A stretch of 32,000 bases of DNA from Acidothermus cellulolyticus 11B (lineage in GTDB: Bacteria; Actinomycetota; Actinomycetes; Acidothermales; Acidothermaceae), in contig NC_008578.1 in the NCBI RefSeq assembly GCF_000015025.1, positions 690,001 to 722,000 of the forward strand. Direction: 5' to 3'. Below, piece by piece: positions 9,613 through 22,317 of the stretch (the first letter of the stretch is position 1; each line of letters begins with the position of its first letter). Both the position numbers and the translations under genes were made by a program. The notes beneath the pieces were generated by a model. It was not told the origin of the DNA, did not search any database, and saw only the letters and a program-made list of their open reading frames with translations.

Positions 9613-10424
9613 CACTCGCTGCGCAGCCCCACGTGCTCGCCGTCGAAGTCGACATCGGCACCCATGAGACGGCTAAGTTCCTTGGTCTTACTTGGCACTG
9701 GGACACCATCCTGACGTCGGTCATCGCGGGTGTCATCGTCGTTGGCCTCGGCCTGTACATGCGCTGGACCGCGCGCTCCGGCGTGCCCAGCAAAATGCAA
9801 CTTCTCTTTGAAATGTTGGTGTCCTGGGTGAATCGGCAGGTCGAGGAGAGCATGGGCCTGCGGGTCGCGCCGTTCGTCGCGCCGATGGCGGTCACGCTTT
9901 TCGTCTATATCCTGCTCTGCAACTGGATCGGTGTGCTGCCGAGCGGGCATCCGGAACACTTGCCGGCCCCGACCGCGGACATCAACCTGACCCTCACCCT
10001 CGCGCTCGTCGTCATCGTTCCGATGCACATCGTGAGCCTCAAGCGCCGGGGATTGGGCCGGTACATCCGCCATTACTTCGAGCCCTACAAGATTTTCTTC
10101 CCGATCAACGTGGTCGAGGAGCTGGCGAAACCCATCACGCTGGCGCTGCGGTTGTTCGGGAATATCTTCTCCGGCGCCATCATGGTTTCCTTGTTGGCGT
10201 TGATGCCTCCCTACGTGCTCTGGCTTCCGCAGTGGCTGTGGAAGCTCATCGACCTCGGCGTCGGTGTGATTCAGGCGTTCATCTTCGCGCTGCTCACGAT
10301 TCTTTACTATGCGTTCGCCACGGCGACCGGAGGACACGGCGCATCCGACGAGCACGCCGACGGCGGTGACTCGTCGTCCCGTCAGGCTTCCCCGACACCG
10401 TTACCAGCCGGCCAGGTCCGGTGA
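9609..10424 (+). CDS. atpB: F0F1 ATP synthase subunit a
   Basis: Contains the conserved stator Arg motif LALRLFGNIFSG and multiple TM helices. Confidence 0.97.
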   Translation: MTLAAQPHVLAVEVDIGTHETAKFLGLTWHWDTILTSVIAGVIVVGLGLYMRWTARSGVPSKMQLLFEMLVSWVNRQVEESMGLRVAPFVAPMAVTLFVYILLCNWIGVLPSGHPEHLPAPTADINLTLTLALVVIVPMHIVSLKRRGLGRYIRHYFEPYKIFFPINVVEELAKPITLALRLFGNIFSGAIMVSLLALMPPYVLWLPQWLWKLIDLGVGVIQAFIFALLTILYYAFATATGGHGASDEHADGGDSSSRQASPTPLPAGQVR

Positions 10425-10463
10425 TCCCCTATCCCGTCGAGACACAGAGGAATCGGAGAAACG

Positions 10464-11310
<847 letters not shown>

Positions 11311-11351
11311 GGGCGAAAGAGGACGGATGAGAAGCGAGAGGTCCACCGCTG

Positions 11352-12176
11352 ATGCAGGGCGCTAGTCGGGAGTCCTTGGCCGCGGCCTGGCGGGAGGCCG
11401 AGGAGCTGCTCGTGCGTCCCCGCCCGGGGGCCCAGCCGCCCGAGGAGGTCGGCACCCAGCTGTTCAGCGTCACGGCGATTCTCGACGAGCATCCGGCGCT
11501 GCGCCGTGCCCTTTCCGATCCTGCCGTCGAGCCGGGCCGGAAGGTGAGCCTTGCGGATCGGCTCTTCGGCGAGCGGATCGGCGAAACCGCCCGCCGGCTG
11601 GTCGCGACCGTCGTCCGCGCCCGGTGGTCCCGTGTCCGCGATCTGTCCGACGCGCTGGAGACACTCGGCGTGCTCGCGCTGTTGGTGGCTGCGGAGCGGT
11701 CCCGAGCCGTCGACGACGTCGAAGACGAGCTCTTCCGCTTCGGCCGGATCGTGGCCAGCCGTCCGGAGCTCCGTGACGCCCTCGCCAATCGCACGCTGCC
11801 GGTGGAGAACAAGGTCCGTCTCGTCGAACGCCTGCTGGCTGATCGTGCCCACCCGGTGACGGTCGCTCTGGTGACGCAGCTGGTCCGCCACCCGCGCGGC
11901 CGGACGCCGGAGGAGGGTTTCGCCGATTTCAGTGGGATCGCGGCGCGGTTCCGGCAGCGGCTGGTCGCCCGAGTGACCACCGCGGTGGCGTTGACGGATG
12001 ACGAGCGGTCACGGCTGCGACGGGCGCTCTCCGAGTTGTACGGGCGGGATGTCCACCTGCACGTCGAGGTGGACCCGCGAATCGGCGGCGGTGTCGTCGT
12101 CCAACTCGGAGACGAGGTCATTGATGGATCGATTGCGAGCATCCTGGCCGAAACGCGCCAACGGCTTGCGTCGTGA
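11352..12176 (+). CDS. atpH: F0F1 ATP synthase subunit delta
   Basis: Positioned between atpF and atpA, with an OSCP-like C-terminus (..VDPRIGGGVVVQLGDEVIDGS..). Confidence 0.9.
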   Translation: MQGASRESLAAAWREAEELLVRPRPGAQPPEEVGTQLFSVTAILDEHPALRRALSDPAVEPGRKVSLADRLFGERIGETARRLVATVVRARWSRVRDLSDALETLGVLALLVAAERSRAVDDVEDELFRFGRIVASRPELRDALANRTLPVENKVRLVERLLADRAHPVTVALVTQLVRHPRGRTPEEGFADFSGIAARFRQRLVARVTTAVALTDDERSRLRRALSELYGRDVHLHVEVDPRIGGGVVVQLGDEVIDGSIASILAETRQRLAS

Positions 12177-12242
12177 CCCTGCCATGCAGACGGAAGAACA
12201 TCACGAGTTGGCGGAAGAACATCAAAGGAGCGAACCGGTCCC

Positions 12243-13907
12243 ATGTCTGAGCTGACGATACGGCCCGAAGAAATTCGCGCGGCCCTGGAGGAATTCGTCT
12301 CCTCCTATACCCCGGACGTCGCTTCCCGGGAGGAGGTCGGCCGGGTGACGGAGGCGGGCGACGGCATCGCTCGCATCGAAGGACTGCCGTCCACCATGGC
12401 AAACGAGCTGCTGCGGTTCGAAGACGGAACGCTCGGCCTGGCCCTCAACCTTGACGTCCGGGAGATCGGTGCCGTCATCCTCGGCCCGTTTGAGGGCATT
12501 GAGGAAGGTCAGACGGTGAAGCGGACCGGCGAGGTTCTCTCCGTGCCGGTGGGGGATGGGTTCCTCGGCCGGGTCGTCGATCCACTGGGCCGGCCGCTCG
12601 ACGGCAAGGGCGAGATCGTGGCCGAAGGGCGCCGCGCGCTGGAAATTCAGGCGCCGAGCGTGGTGCAGCGCCAGCCGGTGAAGGAGCCGCTGCAGACCGG
12701 CATCAAGGCGATCGATGCGATGACGGCGATCGGGCGCGGGCAGCGGGAGCTCATCATCGGTGACCGGCAGACCGGGAAAACCGCCGTCGCGATTGACACC
12801 ATCATCAATCAGCGGGCGAACTGGGAGAGCGGCGATCCGAAACTGCAGGTCAAATGCATTTACGTCGCGATCGGCCAGAAGGGCTCCACGATTGCCGCCG
12901 TGCGGAGTGCGCTCGAGGCCGCGGGTGCGATGGAGTACACCACGATTGTGGCGGCGCCGGCGTCTGATCCGGCTGGCTTTAAGTACCTTGCGCCGTACAC
13001 CGGATCGGCGATCGGGCAGCACTGGATGTACAAGGGTCAGCACGCGCTGATTGTTTTCGACGATTTGTCGAAGCAGGCCGAGGCGTACCGGGCGATTTCC
13101 CTGCTGCTGCGCCGTCCGCCGGGCCGGGAGGCGTACCCCGGAGACGTGTTCTACCTGCACTCCCGTCTTCTCGAGCGGTGCGCGAAACTCTCCGACGCCA
13201 TGGGCGGAGGTTCGCTCACCGGCCTGCCCATCATCGAGACGAAAGGCAATGACGTTTCCGCGTACATTCCGACCAACGTCATTTCCATCACCGACGGGCA
13301 GATTTTCTTGGAAACGGACTTGTTCAACTCGGGCGTCCGCCCGGCCATCAACGTGGGAATTTCGGTCTCCCGCGTCGGTGGGAACGCCCAGCTCAAGGCG
13401 ATGAAGCAGGTGGCGGGCCGCCTCCGACTGGACCTCGCGCAGTACCGCGAGCTGGAAGCATTCGCTGCGTTCGGTTCCGACTTGGACGCCGCGAGCCGCG
13501 CCCAATTGGAGCGGGGCGCCCGGTTGGTCGAGTTGCTGAAGCAGCCGCAGTACTCGCCGTACCCGGTCGAGGAGCAGGTGGTCTCGCTCTGGGCGGGCAC
13601 GACCGGCCAGTTGGACGACGTGCCGGTCACCGACATTCGCCGGTTTGAGCGCGATTTCCTTGAGTACGTGCGGCTCCGCCATCACGGCATCTTTGACGAA
13701 ATCCTCAAGACCGGGGAGTTGACCGACAATGTCGTGGAGAGCTTGAAACTCGCCATCGCCGAGTTCAAGCAGACATTTGAAACCCACGACGGCAAGATTC
13801 TCGGGCATGAGGAGGCGCCGCAGCTCGACGAATCGCACCTGGCGGCCGAGAAGGTGCGCAAGCACGTGCCGCCCAGCAAGCCGACGACGCAACGGACGGC
13901 TGGGTAG
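12243..13907 (+). CDS. atpA: F0F1 ATP synthase subunit alpha
   Basis: Walker A GDRQTGKT and alpha-subunit motifs throughout. Confidence 0.99.
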   Translation: MSELTIRPEEIRAALEEFVSSYTPDVASREEVGRVTEAGDGIARIEGLPSTMANELLRFEDGTLGLALNLDVREIGAVILGPFEGIEEGQTVKRTGEVLSVPVGDGFLGRVVDPLGRPLDGKGEIVAEGRRALEIQAPSVVQRQPVKEPLQTGIKAIDAMTAIGRGQRELIIGDRQTGKTAVAIDTIINQRANWESGDPKLQVKCIYVAIGQKGSTIAAVRSALEAAGAMEYTTIVAAPASDPAGFKYLAPYTGSAIGQHWMYKGQHALIVFDDLSKQAEAYRAISLLLRRPPGREAYPGDVFYLHSRLLERCAKLSDAMGGGSLTGLPIIETKGNDVSAYIPTNVISITDGQIFLETDLFNSGVRPAINVGISVSRVGGNAQLKAMKQVAGRLRLDLAQYRELEAFAAFGSDLDAASRAQLERGARLVELLKQPQYSPYPVEEQVVSLWAGTTGQLDDVPVTDIRRFERDFLEYVRLRHHGIFDEILKTGELTDNVVESLKLAIAEFKQTFETHDGKILGHEEAPQLDESHLAAEKVRKHVPPSKPTTQRTAG

Positions 13908-13918
13908 GAGAGATTTCG

Positions 13919-16298
<2,380 letters not shown>

Positions 16299-16305
16299 GG
16301 ATCCC

Positions 16306-16683
16306 GTGCCGCTCCACGTTGACCTCGTTTCCGCAGAACGCCGGCTCTGGTCGGGGACGGCGGGCTTCGTGCTCGCCCGCACGCTGGACGGCGAACTCGG
16401 CATCTTGCCGGGACACGTGCCGCTCCTCGGCGTCCTTGCGGAAGGCTTCACTGTTCGCATCACGGGGCACGACGCGGGTGACGGGATTGTCGCCGCGGTC
16501 CATGGCGGATTTCTTTACGTCGCACGGGATGAGGTGACAATTCTCACCGAAGTCGCCGAGCTCTCCGGCGACATCGACGTCGGCCGGGCGCAGGCTGCCC
16601 TCGAGCGCGCGGAGGCCGCCGGCGATGAGTCAGCCGCGGCGCGCGCCCGAGCCCGGCTGGCGGCGGCCGGACAACCAGTCTGA
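16306..16683 (+). CDS. atpC: F0F1 ATP synthase subunit epsilon
   Basis: VSAERRLWSG..GELGILPGHVPLL is typical of the epsilon subunit. The start is GTG 16306. Confidence 0.94.
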   Translation: MPLHVDLVSAERRLWSGTAGFVLARTLDGELGILPGHVPLLGVLAEGFTVRITGHDAGDGIVAAVHGGFLYVARDEVTILTEVAELSGDIDVGRAQAALERAEAAGDESAAARARARLAAAGQPV

Positions 16684-16696
16684 TCGAGAGCCGGCG

Positions 16697-17242
16697 ATGC
16701 TCATCGACGCTCTGGACATCGCCGGCATCCTCGCCGCCTGCGCCGTCGTGATCTGCGCAGCCCTGGTTCTCGCCGTGTTGGCCCGTCAAGCGTGGCTGCG
16801 CCGAAACAGCTCCGGGGTGCTCTGCGCGATGCGCCCCGCCGGGGGCCACTCGCCCTGGCAGCTGGGAGTGCTTCGCTACGGGCGGACGTCGGTGCGGTGG
16901 TACCGACTGCTGAGCCTGGCACCCGGCCCGGCGGCGGTCTTCGTTCGCCGCGGTACCGCCGTTCTTGAGCGGAGGCCGGCTGCCGCCGGCGTCCGGCACG
17001 TGCTGCCTGGCGCGGCAACGGTCGCCCGCTGCCGGGCGCACACCCTGGCCGGCGGCTGGGTGGACCTCGACATGGCGTTCTCCGGCGTCGCCTGGACCGG
17101 GTTTCTCACCTGGCTCGAGTCCGTTCCCCCCGACGTCTCCGGCGCGCTACTTCCGCCGGGAACCAGCCGGCTGCCAGAGAATGTCGCCGTATCCGAGGCG
17201 GACGTTGAGGTAGCGGGCGAGCACGAAGAGGAGATCGGATAA
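16697..17242 (+). CDS. DUF2550-family membrane protein (the conserved gene after atpC in actinobacteria)
   Basis: An N-terminal TM helix is followed by ..WQLGVLRYGRTSVRWYRLLSL... The position matches Rv1312-type proteins. The 3' tail runs 96 nt into the convergent gene. Confidence 0.8.
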   Translation: MLIDALDIAGILAACAVVICAALVLAVLARQAWLRRNSSGVLCAMRPAGGHSPWQLGVLRYGRTSVRWYRLLSLAPGPAAVFVRRGTAVLERRPAAAGVRHVLPGAATVARCRAHTLAGGWVDLDMAFSGVAWTGFLTWLESVPPDVSGALLPPGTSRLPENVAVSEADVEVAGEHEEEIG

Positions 17243-17734
17243 CCGGTTCAGGTACTGCGCCGGGAGCCGGCTTACCGCGTCGCCGTATGCGGCGATCGCC
17301 GCCCAGGTCTCTCGCTCGGCCCGGCGGACCACCGCGCGTGCCTGATGCAACAGCGCCGCGGCCGGCGTACCGCCGGGCAGCACGAAGCTCGCCAGCTGGG
17401 GCAGCTCCTCGTTGTATCGGTCGATCGCGGCTTCCAGCCGCGCGATATCGGCGTCAACGATGCGTAGGGCCGGCCGCCGAGGATCGGGGTCCACGGGTGT
17501 CGCCAGGTCGGCCCCGACGTCGAACAAGTCGTTCTGGATGTCGCGAAGGAGGGCCCCGACATCGGCCGGAATGCCGCCGAGCGCCAGCGCCACCCCAATC
17601 ACGGTGTTCGCCTCGTCGCAGGAGCCAAATGCGGAGAGCCGGGGGTCGGTCTTGGCGACCCGTCCACCGGCCGCCAGCGCCGTCGTGCCGTCGTCGCCGG
17701 TACGGGTGTAGATGCGGGTGAGGTGCACGGCCAC
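17147..17734 (-). CDS. ATP:cob(I)alamin adenosyltransferase, PduO type
   Basis: MAVHLTRIYTRTGDDGTT .. NRLSDLLFVLAR are PduO/MMAB-family hallmarks. Confidence 0.93.
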   Translation of the reverse strand: MAVHLTRIYTRTGDDGTTALAAGGRVAKTDPRLSAFGSCDEANTVIGVALALGGIPADVGALLRDIQNDLFDVGADLATPVDPDPRRPALRIVDADIARLEAAIDRYNEELPQLASFVLPGGTPAAALLHQARAVVRRAERETWAAIAAYGDAVSRLPAQYLNRLSDLLFVLARYLNVRLGYGDILWQPAGSRRK

Positions 17735-17853
17735 GCGTTGAGCGTACCGGCGGGTGGCTGGGACCGGCGGGCCGTTCGGGTGCGCGGCGGTCGGGGAGAA
17801 TCGTCGCCGTGACAGGGCGTCGATAGCATGCGGCGATGAACCAAGGTGTCGGC

Positions 17854-19224
17854 ATGACCCGTGACTGCATCCAGGTGCGCCCCAGCCGGCTCGCCGGGCG
17901 GGTGGCCGTCACCGGTGCGAAAAACAGCGTGTTGAAGTTGATGGCTGCCGCGCTGCTCGCGCCGGGACGCACGGTGCTGCGCAATGTGCCCGACATCCTC
18001 GACGTGCAGATCATGGCGGCGTTGCTGCGGCGTCTGGGCTGCGACGTCGAACCGGCGGGCGGCGAGCTCGTCGTCGACGTGCCGGACACCGTTCGCCACG
18101 AAGCCGACTACGACCTGGTCCGCCGGCTCCGGGCGTCCATCTGTGTCCTCGGCCCGCTGCTCGTCCGCTGCGGGGAAACGAAAGTCGCCCTGCCCGGGGG
18201 CGACAACATTGGGTCGCGCGGGCTGGACCTGCATATCGCGGGGCTCTGCCGGCTCGGCGCGGAGGTCACTAGTGAACATGGCTACCTGGTCGCCCGGGCT
18301 CCGCACGGCCTTTCCGGGGCGACGGTCTGGCTGGACTTCCCGAGTGTCGGCGCGACGGAGAACCTTCTGATGGCAGCGGTCCTCGCGCAGGGCACCACCG
18401 TCATCGACAACGCCGCCAGGGAACCGGAAATCGTGGACCTCGCGACAATGCTGCAGGAGATGGGCGCCAAAATCGAGGGCGCCGGAACCTCGACCCTTGT
18501 GGTGCACGGAGTCGACACCCTGTCACCGGTCACACATGCCACCGTCCCCGATCGCATCGTCGCGGGGACTTTTGCATTCGGTGCCGTGATGACCGGCGGC
18601 GCGGTGACCGTGACCCGCTGCCGGCCGGAGCACTTGGAAATCGTGCTCGACCGGCTCGGTTCCTGCGGTGCGGAGATTGCCGTCGGTGACGGCGAATTTC
18701 ATGTCGCCATGTACGGGCGGCCCCGGGCGGTGGACGTCGTCACCCTGCCGTATCCCGGATTCGCGACCGATTTTCTGCCGATGGTCATTGCCATGAACGC
18801 CGTGGCGGACGGCGTCGCCATGGTGACGGAAAACGTCTTCGAGGGACGGTTTCGCTTCATTCAAGAGCTGGTCCGGCTCGGTGCGGACATCCGGACCGAT
18901 GGGCACCACGCCGTCGTCCGCGGACGTCCGCGGCTCTCCGGCGCTCCCGTTGAAGCGACCGATATTCGTGCCGGCGCGGCGCTTGTGCTGGCCGGTTTGG
19001 CCGCCGACGGTGTGACGACGGTGTACGACGTCCATCACATCGACCGGGGGTACGCGGATTTCGTGACCCAGCTTCGCGGGCTGGGCGCTTGCGTGGAACG
19101 CCGACCGGCCGCGGACCTCGACGACGGCGGCCGTACCCAGCAGGGAGCCGGGTCGACGTCCGGCGCACCGGAATGTGCCCCGTGCGCCGGGGAGGGTGCA
19201 CCGAAGGGAGCGGGATCGTCATGA
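17854..19224 (+). CDS. murA: UDP-N-acetylglucosamine 1-carboxyvinyltransferase (Asp-type active site)
   Basis: ..[18 protein letters not shown].. and ..[16 protein letters not shown].. match MurA. An alternative in-frame ATG lies at 17836. A ~40-aa low-complexity C-terminal tail precedes an ATGA overlap with the next gene. Confidence 0.96.
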   Translation: MTRDCIQVRPSRLAGRVAVTGAKNSVLKLMAAALLAPGRTVLRNVPDILDVQIMAALLRRLGCDVEPAGGELVVDVPDTVRHEADYDLVRRLRASICVLGPLLVRCGETKVALPGGDNIGSRGLDLHIAGLCRLGAEVTSEHGYLVARAPHGLSGATVWLDFPSVGATENLLMAAVLAQGTTVIDNAAREPEIVDLATMLQEMGAKIEGAGTSTLVVHGVDTLSPVTHATVPDRIVAGTFAFGAVMTGGAVTVTRCRPEHLEIVLDRLGSCGAEIAVGDGEFHVAMYGRPRAVDVVTLPYPGFATDFLPMVIAMNAVADGVAMVTENVFEGRFRFIQELVRLGADIRTDGHHAVVRGRPRLSGAPVEATDIRAGAALVLAGLAADGVTTVYDVHHIDRGYADFVTQLRGLGACVERRPAADLDDGGRTQQGAGSTSGAPECAPCAGEGAPKGAGSS

Positions 19225-20126
19225 CCGAGGAGCAGGACATTCGCACCGTCGGCGTCGTCGGTTCCGGGCTCATGGGATCGGGAATCGCGCAAGTCGCCGC
19301 AGTCGCCGGGTACGCGGTCCGCCTGCACGACATCGAGGAATCGGCGTTGCACCGAGCGTTGACGACTATCGACGAGTCGCTGCACCGCCTGGCCCGGAAG
19401 GGAAAACTGAGCACCTCCGATGTTGAAGCGGCGAAGGCGAGGATAACAACGACCCGGCGGTTGGCCGACCTGGCGGACAGTGACGTCGTCGTCGAGGCGG
19501 TGTACGAAGAGCTCGACGTCAAACGCGTGGTGTTCGCGGAACTTGCGGCTATCGTGCGGCCCAACGTTCTGTTGGCATCGAATACCACCGCGATCCCGAT
19601 TACCCATATCGCCTCGGGGGTGTCCGGTCCGCAGCGGGTTGTCGGCATGCATTTCTTCTCCCCGGTGCCGGTCATGCAGTTGTGCGAAATTGTCCGCGGT
19701 CTGCAGACTGACGACGACACCGTTGCGCGGGCCCGGCGTTTCGCGGAATCGCTCGGCAAAACGTGCATTGTCGTGAATCGGGACGTCGCGGGTTTCGTCA
19801 CGTCCCGGTTGCTCGTCGCTTTCGTCAATGAAGCGCTTCGATTGGTGGAGAGCGGCATCGCGACACCGGAGGATATTGACACCGCCTGTCGGCTTGGCTT
19901 CGGTCACGCCATGGGCCCGCTTGCCACCCTGGACCTCACCGGACTCGACGTGATTGCCCACGCAGCGGAAGCGATTTATCAGGCGACACGGGACCCGAAA
20001 TTCGCTCCACCGGAGATTCTCCGTCGCATGGTTGCTGCGGGCCTGCTCGGCCGCAAATCCGGCCGCGGCTTTTACACCTACCCCGCGAACCGCGACGGGA
20101 CGGCGGATCAGCCGGCGTCGTCTTAA
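19221..20126 (+). CDS. 3-hydroxybutyryl-CoA / 3-hydroxyacyl-CoA dehydrogenase (NAD-binding)
   Basis: Rossmann motif [14 protein letters not shown], plus ..[16 protein letters not shown].. and ..GFVTSRLL... Confidence 0.93.
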   Translation: MTEEQDIRTVGVVGSGLMGSGIAQVAAVAGYAVRLHDIEESALHRALTTIDESLHRLARKGKLSTSDVEAAKARITTTRRLADLADSDVVVEAVYEELDVKRVVFAELAAIVRPNVLLASNTTAIPITHIASGVSGPQRVVGMHFFSPVPVMQLCEIVRGLQTDDDTVARARRFAESLGKTCIVVNRDVAGFVTSRLLVAFVNEALRLVESGIATPEDIDTACRLGFGHAMGPLATLDLTGLDVIAHAAEAIYQATRDPKFAPPEILRRMVAAGLLGRKSGRGFYTYPANRDGTADQPASS

Positions 20127-20272
20127 GGCCTGCTCCGGCGTGCGCATGCGAGCCGGCGGCCTTTCCGGCTCAGCTTGGCGGCGTCCCCGCCGAAGAGGAC
20201 GACGGAGCCATGGAGGGCTTCGACCCGGGTGCCCGACCAACGTCGGGCTCCGGCGCAGGGAGGCGGTGGCGC

Positions 20273-21298
20273 ATGACGTTCGACACCGGTGTGGGCCGAG
20301 ACGTCCTTGCCGATGACGCCTTCCCGGACGGCTACGCGCTGGAGTCACGCCTCCTGGCCAGCGGCATGGCGGCCAAACTCGTCGCCAACGTCGAGAACGT
20401 GGTCCGGGGTCGCCGAGCCGCCGTCGAGATCGTCGCGATCGGACTCCTCTCCGGCGGACACGTGCTGATCCAAGACATCCCCGGCAGCGGCAAAACCACC
20501 CTGGCGCACGCCTTCGCCCGCTCGCTCGGCGGAAAATTCCGCCGCGTGCAGGGAACAGCCGACCTGCTTCCCTCCGACATCACCGGTTCGTCGCTCTGGG
20601 ATCCCGCCCATCAGGAATTCCGCTTCGTGCCGGGCCCGGTCTTCACCAACGTGCTGCTCGTCGACGAATTGAACCGCGCCACGCCCCGGGCGCAGTCCGC
20701 GCTGCTGGAGGCGATGGACGAGCGCGCCGTCACCGTGGACGGTGTCCGGCACGAATTGCCGGATCCGTTCTTCGTCGTCGCCACCCAGAACCCCATCGAT
20801 CAGTACGGCACATTCCCGCTGCCGGAGAGCCAGCTTGACCGGTTCGCCGTCTGTCTCGGCCTGGGCTTCAACGACCTCGCGACGGAACGCCGGGTCATGC
20901 GTGACCAGTTGGTCCGCCCCACCGTCGGTGATCTGAAACCCGTGCTCACCCCGGAGGAGCTCCGCTGGCTTCAGCTCGAGGTGCGCCGCACGTTCATCGC
21001 CGACCCGGTCCTGGATTTCGCCCTGGCCATCCTGGCCGGCACCCGCCGGCACCCGTCGGTCGCCGTGGGGGCGAGTTCCCGGGCCGGCCTCTCCTTGCTG
21101 CGCTGCGCGCAGGCGCGGGCATTGCTGGCCGGGCGGAATTACGTCATCCCGGACGACGTGAAGGTGCTCGCCCCGACGGTCCTCGGGCACCGGCTGGTGC
21201 TCGCCGCCGGTGCGCGGAGTGCGGAGCAGGGCCGGAACCCCGGGGCGGACGTCGTCCACCAGGTGCTGGCCGACGTCCGCGTGCCGCTGCCGGGATGA
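20273..21298 (+). CDS. MoxR-family AAA+ ATPase
   Basis: Walker A GIPGSGKTT-like (DIPGSGKTTLA), Walker B LLVDELNRA, and ..ATQNPIDQYGTFPLPESQLDRF... ATG 20273 lies 9 nt after gggagg. Confidence 0.95.
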   Translation: MTFDTGVGRDVLADDAFPDGYALESRLLASGMAAKLVANVENVVRGRRAAVEIVAIGLLSGGHVLIQDIPGSGKTTLAHAFARSLGGKFRRVQGTADLLPSDITGSSLWDPAHQEFRFVPGPVFTNVLLVDELNRATPRAQSALLEAMDERAVTVDGVRHELPDPFFVVATQNPIDQYGTFPLPESQLDRFAVCLGLGFNDLATERRVMRDQLVRPTVGDLKPVLTPEELRWLQLEVRRTFIADPVLDFALAILAGTRRHPSVAVGASSRAGLSLLRCAQARALLAGRNYVIPDDVKVLAPTVLGHRLVLAAGARSAEQGRNPGADVVHQVLADVRVPLPG

Positions 21299-22317
21299 GC
21301 GCCTCGACCGGACGGGCGAACGGCCGCCCGGCGAGCCGGCTCGCCGCCGGCCCGGGTTTCGCGACCTGCGGGCTCACCGCGGCGGCCGCCTTCGGCTGGG
21401 CCGGCGCCGAGCACTGGCTCTGGCCGCGGGTCGTCGGAGCCGTGCTCACCGCCGTCCTCCTGCTCTCCATGCGAGACGTCGTCGGCATCAATCGCCTTGC
21501 GGTGAGCCTTGAGCTTCCCGAGCGGGTCGCCGTCGGCGCAGTCGTGCCCGTTACCCTCCGCGTCCACAATCGAGGACGGTTGCCGGTGCGTCAGGTCGGC
21601 GTCACCCATCGTGTGGCGGGTCGATCCGGCGCCCTTCTCTCCGGGCTGGCGACCACCATCGAGCGGATCGCACCCGGTGAAACCGCAGTGCTCGCCGTCC
21701 CTCGCTCGGTGTTGCGCCGCGGGATTGCGCCGCTGGGCGCGATCGACATCCGCTTGGCGGGACCCTTCGGGTTGCTGGTCCGCACCCGCCGCGTGCCGCT
21801 CCCGGGTGATCTCCGGTGCCACCCTCCGGTGTCGGCGGGCGAATCGGTCTCCGCCGGCGGCGTGGACGCCGCTGGTTGGGTCCGGGAGTGGCGGCCCGGC
21901 GACCCGGTTCGCGACGTCCACTGGCGTTCGACCATGCGGACCGGACGGCCGTTGGTCCTGGCGCGCGATGGTGCCGGCGAAGCCGTCTGGGGGACGGTCA
22001 TTGTTCCGTTTGCCGGGGCAGCGTTCGAACAGGCGCTGGTCCGCCTCGCTGGCGAGGGTGCCGGCGTGTTGGCCGCCGGTGGGCGGCTCTGTGTCGCCGA
22101 ACCGCGCGGCGTGCATCACCCGGTCCGGCTTGTCGAGTGGCTGGACCTGCTCGCCGATATCGACGAGCAGTCGGTTCCCGCCACGGCCGTCGTCGTCGAC
22201 GGCTTTGGGCACGTGGCCGGTCACCTTGGGGCCGGCGGTCGGCTCGTGCTCGTCGCCGCGCCCGATCAGCGTCTGGGGGTCGTCACCGATCGGGTGGAGG
22301 TCGACCGGTGGCCGTAA
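21295..22317 (+). CDS. DUF58-domain protein (MoxR partner)
   Basis: N-terminal TM pair and the DUF58 signature WRPGDPVRDVHWRSTMRTGRPLV. ATG 21295 overlaps the MoxR stop (ATGA). Confidence 0.9.
   Translation: MSASTGRANGRPASRLAAGPGFATCGLTAAAAFGWAGAEHWLWPRVVGAVLTAVLLLSMRDVVGINRLAVSLELPERVAVGAVVPVTLRVHNRGRLPVRQVGVTHRVAGRSGALLSGLATTIERIAPGETAVLAVPRSVLRRGIAPLGAIDIRLAGPFGLLVRTRRVPLPGDLRCHPPVSAGESVSAGGVDAAGWVREWRPGDPVRDVHWRSTMRTGRPLVLARDGAGEAVWGTVIVPFAGAAFEQALVRLAGEGAGVLAAGGRLCVAEPRGVHHPVRLVEWLDLLADIDEQSVPATAVVVDGFGHVAGHLGAGGRLVLVAAPDQRLGVVTDRVEVDRWP

Noticed and set aside
12222-13892. 556-aa ORF on the minus strand
   Set aside because: It is antisense to atpA, whose identity is unambiguous, and it has no motifs of its own.
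17824-17853. TAGCAT hexamer (17824-17829) 6 nt upstream of ATG 17836, suggesting a leaderless murA mRNA
   Set aside because: Homologue N-termini align better with ATG 17854, and a single -10-like hexamer is not sufficient evidence. It is kept only as an alternative start.
20150-20171. 7-bp stem-loop (gagccgg-cggccttt-ccggctc) 24 nt after the dehydrogenase stop
   Set aside because: The stem is short, the loop is 8 nt and there is no U-tract. This is not enough to call a terminator.
19035-20348. 437-aa ORF on the minus strand
   Set aside because: It is antisense to the 3-hydroxyacyl-CoA dehydrogenase gene. The product is Arg/Pro-rich with no motifs.
21816-22307. 164-codon N-terminal extension of the transglutaminase ORF (track start 21816)
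   Set aside because: It overlaps the DUF58 gene in another frame and is Arg/Gly-rich. The GTG at 22308, just before the DUF58 stop, gives a sensible membrane N-terminus.
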